From contig OZ024743.1 of NCBI GenBank assembly GCA_964016885.1, forward strand, positions 146,320,001 through 146,384,000: DNA of 64,000 nt, given 5' to 3'. Below the pieces are notes generated by a model, which saw nothing but the letters and a program-made list of their open reading frames with translations, was not told where the DNA came from and did not search any database. The DNA is from Eledone cirrhosa. Its lineage: Eukaryota. Every line of letters begins with the position of its first letter. The stretch's first letter is position 1. The translations under genes were made by a program, and so were the position numbers. Of the stretch, positions 55,621-64,000 are shown in pieces.

Positions 55621-55904
55621 TGAATTGATGCATGACATACCTCAACTGTCTTGATGGTTCAATTCCATATATTTTGATTATGTGAACGTATTCATTTATT
55701 AATATTTTGAATAATATATATATATTGTTAATTAATAAATAAATCAACTAATACCTTAACACTTCACACAAAGTAAAATATTTCGTTTTAATCATTTTCT
55801 AACCTAGAAAAAAGAGAGAAAGAAATAAAAAAAGGAAAAAAAAAAAATTTTTCTTCCTAATAATTGTCTTTCTCTCCCTGTTTTCATATATATATATATA
55901 TAAT

Positions 55905-56405
55905 CTTATGTCTGCTTTTCCATGCTTGCATGGGTTGGATGGGTCCTTCTAAGTACAACTTCTCTCTACTTGTTGCATTCCTTTGTCATGTCTTCTGCGA
56001 GCTTCAGCAATTTGAGATCAGCTCTCAGCACTTCCATCCAAGTCTTTCTTGGTCTTCCTCTACAACATCTTCTATCCACTGTGATTATTTGGCAATTCTT
56101 CACCCAGTAATCATCATCCATGCATATCAAATGTCCATACCAATGCAGTTTTCTTTCTTGCACACCACTTCTGATTCCTTTTAAACCAAGTTCCTTTCTC
56201 AGTTCAAATATGCTTTGTCATTCTAGCACATTAATAGCTCATTTCTCTCTAGCCTTCACATATCATCTGCACTCATAGCCATGCAGCATTGCACTTTGCA
56301 CACAGGCATCACACAGTTGACCTTTTGTTCATAGGGAAAAACTTTTGTTGTCAACAGAGGTAGCAATTCTCTAAACTTCTGTTCTATTCTTATACTAGCT
56401 ACTAT
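55905..56405 (-). mobile_element. Old RTE LINE 3' fragment
   Basis: LHWYGHL..GRPRKTW peptide. Confidence 0.8.
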
Positions 56406-56869
56406 TATCATCATCATCATTTAACATCTATTTTTCCATGCTTGCATGGGTTAGACAGGTTGTTATGTTATGAGACAAGTCAGGTCCAGAGACCATAACA
56501 TGCTCATATGGATATGTATTTTGGCTTGGTTTCTATGGCTGGATGCCCTTCCTAACACCAATCATGTTACAATGTGGACAGGGTTCTTTTTGTCGAGTGA
56601 GTGGTCGAAGTGGTATATAGGAAATTTAGTGTTGTTCATTGCTTGAAAGCGGTTTAAGAAATTTAAATCAAAATTTTATTTCCTTAAAGTTCCTTAAATG
56701 CTGAAGAAGGGAATTTTAAGTCCCTAAATATTAGGACGACAGAAACAACAGCAACAACAAAAAACAAAACAAAACAAATATTACCAGGTAATTACTTTTT
56801 CATTACCTTCATCTTACAGTCCATTTTGCATTGTTTAGCCTTATATCACTTTCCATATTATATATATAA

Positions 56870-57139
56870 ATCATCATCATCATCATCAACGTTTAACGTC
56901 CGTGTTCCACGCTTGCATGGGTTTGGACGGGGGTAGTCCCACTTGAGGCAAGAGTGATTGTCTTGCTCGCATAGGACTGTCTGGCAGGTTTTCTACAGTT
57001 GGATGCCCTTCCTAACACCAACCACATTTACAGTGTGGGTCTGGGAGGTTTTTACCGTGTTGCCTACACGGCCACATTACAGCGTGGACTGTGTGTTTTT
57101 TTGTCGTGACACCTACACGATCTCATTTGTTTCGGCCTG
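56870..57139 (-). mobile_element. RTE 3' UTR fragment, apparently identical to 5985-6253
   Basis: By-eye base-for-base match. Confidence 0.9.
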
Positions 57140-57899
57140 TATATATATATACACGAGAAGGTAAAATTAAATTTTGTTTGTGTAGATCAAATCAAATATG
57201 TTTGAGGTGAATTTGCAAACAAAATAAACATGGAGGACTGATTACCAAATATTTTTTCTCGACATGTTCCTTGTAGTGTGTAGTGTACAGTTAAAAAGGT
57301 TATGGAACAATTTCCAAAGAGAAAATCACAGAGTATTTATAAGTATAAATATGGTACCAAGAAAAAACAGGAAGAACTAGGCAGGAAGAAGTGGTCAGTA
57401 GAAGAAATTTATTGAGTGTTCAATCTTTAACGTATATTTCTGTACAATTACATAATCGTCAACATGTGCTGACTGCATTATACAATTGGCAGTATCGGTA
57501 GAGGGTCGGACGCCATGCTTTCCAGCATAGTTACGTCCCTTTACGATCTGAGTTCAAATCCCGCCGAGGTTGACTTTGCCTTTCATCCTTACGGGGTCGA
57601 TAAAATAAAGTACCAGTAATGCACTGGGTAATTTGCTGGCCTTGTGCCTAAAGTAGAAACAATTATACAAATAATAAATAAAAAAAAGAATAAATTCATA
57701 AATTACAATATATCAAGTATAGATACAATATTTGTAAGCAGGGGGAAGGATTACGATCCAAATGACCAATAAGAAGAATATTAGAATTGTAAGTAGGGAA
57801 TTTAGAAAGAGGAAGAATTAAGGCTGGTCAAAAAACCTACTTAATTCATATATTGTGGATAGGGGAAGAGGAGGGAGGAAAAAGAGGAGAAAAACACTG

Positions 57900-59068
57900 G
57901 CCCCGTTCCCGTCTTTTATCACTGTATATTCATTTTCTAACTGATCCACCTTATATTTCAGGACATGGCAAATGCAATATCTGAGAAGGTAACAAGATGC
58001 CAATTAAAGCTCCGGCACCAGATTTTTTGTGTGAACCACTACTATAGTGTGGCTTGTACAAACAGGTCCAGCAGCAATTTGATGCATTTTTTGAAATGGA
58101 CAAATCTTCCTTCAAAACCAATATAGAAAACTGGGTGAAGAAGTATAAGACATATGGGACTGTGAAAAGCCTAAATACAATGTCTGAAAACTGTCCCACC
58201 CATTCTGGACAACCCAGGAAGCGTACACAGGAAGTTATTGACATGTTGGAGAAGTCAATCCTAGGCTCTCCCCACAGATTACAGATGGGTTGTCAAGAGG
58301 ATTTTAAGAAGTGCCCCTACAGAATATAGACTAAATAAAAGCTTGCCGTAGTTGATAAGACCAAGAGAAAGATTATGGCTGAGAAAATGTGCAGAAGATG
58401 GAAAACAACCCCAAATTTTATGAATCTACCCTGGACCTTTGATGAAGTACATTTTCACTTAGAGGATAAGATCAACTCTAAGAATAATGTGTCTGGCGGA
58501 GTCAGAGACACTCACTGAAGTGGTTGTGAAGTCTCTTCACTTGGCTAAATGAACTGTCTGGGTTGCTATTTCCGAGAGGGTTGACAGCCCTGTCATCTTA
58601 GAAGAAAATGGTGTCACTGCTACAGTCACAAAGAACACTATGTGGAGGTTCTGAAAGATTTCAAAAAATGAGCTGCAGACCATGTTTATATCTAATGAAT
58701 AAGTTCTGGTTCCAGTAAGATGGAGCAAGTGTTTACACCTCCAATGAGTCATGAGAATGGCTGAAAAATAACTTTGGAAATCATGTGATCAGTTTTAAGA
58801 CTGATTTTGCATGGGCCTCACACAGCATTGATATAAACCCACCAGATTTCTTTCTTTGGGTCTATCTGAAGGATAAGATATATGTCAACAAACTCAGGAC
58901 CATCACTGAACTAAAGGGAAACATCAAGGTGGAGACCAGAGCTATCCCTAGGTCTGTTTGTAAAGTCATTATGCTAAATTTCACCATGCCCCTCAAAAAA
59001 GGCACAACAGGAACTACCAAAGAATCCCTGATTAGCAAAACATACCCCTCTAAGAAACACCCACTGTA
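57900..59068 (+). pseudogene. Decayed Tc1/mariner (maT/DD37D-like) transposase element
   Basis: FDEVHFHL..INSKNN, DGA-like, W..HSIDINPPDFFLWVYLKDKIY motifs; right end GAAACACCCACTG-TA. Confidence 0.8.
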
Positions 59069-59076
59069 CTAATAAG

Positions 59077-59457
59077 AAACGTGTTATATGTAGAATAAAT
59101 CCACAAATAAATTGTAAAACGAGAAATGTAATCTATAGCATAAGATGTACAGAGGGTGCTTGCAGAAATATGACAACGACATACATAGGTGAGACAGCTC
59201 GGAGCATAGGGGACAGAAGAGACCAACACTAGGGTGAACTAAAAGGACAAAAAGTCAGTTCAGTACTATATGAACATGCAAGACAAAGGCAGGATAGTAA
59301 TATAGACAACATAGAAATTAAAATAATATCTAAACATAGAAATTACTCAACAGGTAGACAAATCAGAGAAGCAACTGAAATAGAACTAAGAAAACTGAAG
59401 TTGAACAGAAAAAATGAACGGAATAACAACAACAACAACTATACTCAAACACAATAG
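59077..59457 (+). pseudogene. PLE GIY-YIG endonuclease fragment (Neptune-like), one internal stop; missed by the ORF track
   Basis: Manual translation CKTRNVIYSIRC..C..YIGETARSIGDRRDQH*..SVLYEH..RQIREATEI..LNRKNE. Confidence 0.85.
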
Positions 59458-59536
59458 TGACCTAAGATAAATATAAATAATATACACAGGCACAATAATA
59501 TACAGCAACCACACATAAACACACACTAGTGGGCAA

Positions 59537-61151
<1,615 letters not shown>

Positions 61152-61674
61152 TCTCCCACCCTCCTCCTCCTCTTCTTCTTCTTCTTCTTCTTCTTCTTCT
61201 TCTTCTTCTTCTTCTTCTTCTTCTTCTTCTTCTTCTTCTTCTTCTTCCTGAGAGGTTCATGGGGGGAAGAGTCCTCAAACACTCCTTCCAGCAGGTCCTG
61301 CCAGAAGCAAACTAATCCAGCTGGGTTCCCAAGCAAGACAGGTCAAGCTCATGGATGTTATCTAGTCATCTTGCCCGGGGTCTACCTCTGGGTCTCCTGT
61401 CGGTTGGTTTTGCCCATAAAATCAGTTCAGCAATTCTCTCCTGAAACATTCTAACCACATGCCCATAGTATCAGAGCTGTGATCTCTTAATTTAGAGAAG
61501 TAGTGACTCTCTGATCTCTGAGCTACACATTCTATCAAGTAACGTTACACCAAAGATCCTTCCGAGAAATCCCATTCTTGACTATAGGGAAGAGTTTGCA
61601 CATATATTGAATTGAAAATAGCCAGTTTAAGTAATTTAATCAAAGTTGCATTTGCACAAAAGCAACAGAAGTCG

Positions 61675-61723
<49 letters not shown>

Positions 61724-61727
61724 CATA

Positions 61728-61796
<69 letters not shown>

Positions 61797-61803
61797 TAAA
61801 ATA

Positions 61804-61879
61804 ACAGATTAAAATTTAAGCAAAGAATCGCTGCTTTCACCCTTAACGGGATCTTCTGAAACTAACAAAGTCAATCTGT
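61804..61879 (-). ncRNA. Second copy of the CAGAAGA hammerhead-like motif
   Basis: Reverse complement of 7509-7584 with one stem I substitution. Confidence 0.68.
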
Positions 61880-62264
61880 AAATGCAGTACTGGATATTTC
61901 AAAAAACGTTGCAACCGGAGGAAGACAGGAAGACGATACTTTGGTTCGTGGTAACGTTCGCTGGCAAAGAACGGGAAAAAACGAATATAATACGTCATTA
62001 ATAGGAGCGGTGAAAAACAATTACGTGCAAGAACAGAACCACGTTTATGGTATAAAAGAGGTCGTAGACTAATGTTCTCTAAGTGGTGCATAGAGACGTT
62101 CTCTGGCAATGAACGAAAAAACGAAGATAATAAGTCATATGTGGAGCGTGGAGAACAATAGCACGCAAAGACAAAACCACGTAAATGGTATAGCAGAAGT
62201 TGTAGACTAAAATTCTAACTAGGAGACCGAATGAATCTCCGCTACAGAGTTAAGAACAAAGTAA

Positions 62265-62298
<34 letters not shown>

Positions 62299-62367
62299 AA
62301 AAAGAGATGAAATCGAAAATGCAACTGGAGTCTTATTTTAAAAAAAAATATATTTATTTATTTGGTT

Positions 62368-62405
62368 CCTTTACCGGTTTCGCAGTTCTTCTGCTTTTCA
62401 AAAGG
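62368..62405 (-). ncRNA. 38-nt minimal hammerhead with U3:A8 core in a ~400-bp TA-flanked element (62295-62690)
   Basis: CCUU-UUGAAAA-GCAG(AAGAA)CUGC-GAA-ACCGGU-A-AAGG. Confidence 0.8.
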
Positions 62406-62828
62406 TGAGTTGAGATGGAGGGTCTGTGGTTTTTCTCACATCTGGTTGGTCTCTGAATGTTACTTGTTTTATATGGAAAAAGTGGCTCGAAATGCCAGGT
62501 TTTTCGAGAAGTAATTTGATTGGTTTGTCAATAATTATAATAAATTTCGCGCCAGTTCGCGTTACAATAGTTCTTCAAATAAGAGGGAGGGGGGGGGGGG
62601 GTTGTCACAGGTTGTTTTTTCATATATGAGTGTTTGAATTTCTTTTTACTTGAAAAAAGGAGGCTCACGAAGGCTTTTTTTTGGTTGGTTATATATATAT
62701 ATATATACACATATATGTTCCACCACACCATGAACAGATTGGTCACATCACCAGTGAGGCTGATGCCATTGGCTGCCTCCTCTTCTTAGATGTATGTTTT
62801 ATTATTGAACTTAAACACATAGCCCCCT

Positions 62829-63110
62829 CGCTATGTTGATGATATCAATATTGTAGTAAAAATACCCCTACAAGAGAGTACCCATGGATCAGAACTAGAA
62901 GCTTGCACCATGGGGAGCATCCAGCAAATAGCTAACTCCATCTACCAGAGCATTAAAGTAACAGTAGACCACCCCACTAAACACCCCAATCGCAGACTGC
63001 CCATGTTAGACACAGAACTCTGGATGGAAACTAAGAATGATAAGGTCCAAATCCTCCATTCACATTATACCAAACCCATGGCCTCAAAGTATCTGATCCA
63101 CCAGAGTTCA
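62829..63110 (+). pseudogene. PLE reverse transcriptase fragment
   Basis: RYVDDINI...IANSIYQSIKVTVDHP..RLPMLDTELW..HYTKPMAS in one frame. Confidence 0.85.
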
Positions 63111-63571
63111 GATCTAGTTGTCAAAATGGCCGGAGCTCAGTCCTGACTCTTTTCCTATTATTACCCACTCTACTACCCTAAGTATTGAGTACTCTGGTGT
63201 GTTATGATTCATCTGTAGCCATATATGTATATATTATCATCATTCATCATTTCATTTTACGTCCACTTTTCCCTGCTTGCAAGGGTGGGACAGGAACTGA
63301 TTCTGGCTTGATTTCTACAGCTGGATGCCCTTCCTAACACCAACCTCATTTACAGTGAGTGCTGGGTGCTTTTTTGCCATGGCACCTCCACGAATGATAG
63401 TGGAATGATAGGGACCCCAGTCCCTATCACCTCATTTCTACAGCTGAGTAAACTGGAGCAATGTGAAATAAAGTGTCTTGCTCAAGGAAACAACACATCA
63501 CCCGATCTGAGAATTGAACTCACAACCTTTCGATTGCAAGCCCAATGCTCTAACCACTAAGCCATGTGCCT

Positions 63572-63674
<103 letters not shown>

Positions 63675-63675
63675 C

Positions 63676-63740
<65 letters not shown>

Positions 63741-63907
63741 CACACACACACTCACACACACGGGTGTGTATGATTGTGTATAGAAGATTATATTAATAAA
63801 AGGAATTCCAGCTTTGTCTTATTTACTCGTTTTATTTACAATCCTTTAAAATTATAATGATATTATAATGAAATAGTATGGTAGAATATTAAACGTTAAA
63901 TGTTAAT

Positions 63908-63946
63908 TGAACAAGTACTTTAATGCATTCGCAATCTTCAGGTTCA
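63908..63946 (-). ncRNA. Minimal hammerhead-like motif with G12U
   Basis: UGAAC-CUGAAGA-U UGC(GAAU)GCA U-UAA-AGUACU-U-GUUCA; a long hairpin 63948-64000 lies just upstream. Confidence 0.6.
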
Positions 63947-64000
63947 TATTCAGTGGTGACGTCAAGTAGGCAATTTTCAACTTGACTGTTACCACTGAAT

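Noticed and set aside
57420-57462. Minus-strand UUGACGA...UGUA/UACA-GAAA motif
   Set aside because: No stem I, and U3 is not compensated at position 8

Overview
AT-rich, repeat-dominated metazoan genomic DNA, very probably a coleoid cephalopod (octopus-like; inferred from the SINE families, RTE LINEs with (GAT)n tails and extreme (TA)n content). No confidently identifiable host gene. The window is a nest of mobile elements: RTE LINEs (one near full-length, carrying a PHD-like finger), two tRNA-derived SINE families, Tx1/L1-like and Tc1/mariner relics, piggyBac/hAT/mariner MITEs, a Helitron, and Penelope-like element (PLE) RT and GIY-YIG fragments. Most long ORFs in the track are microsatellite artefacts. 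The main hidden signal is RNA-level. By manual folding I find about 18 type I hammerhead ribozyme (HHR) motifs from about 12 different sequence families. Many have non-canonical cores (U3:A8 covariation, U4A, U4C, G12U) or very long stem II insertions. They sit in PLE pseudo-LTRs and in short non-coding 340-465 nt tandem or inverted units resembling retrozymes. Ribozyme activity is inferred from structure, not shown.
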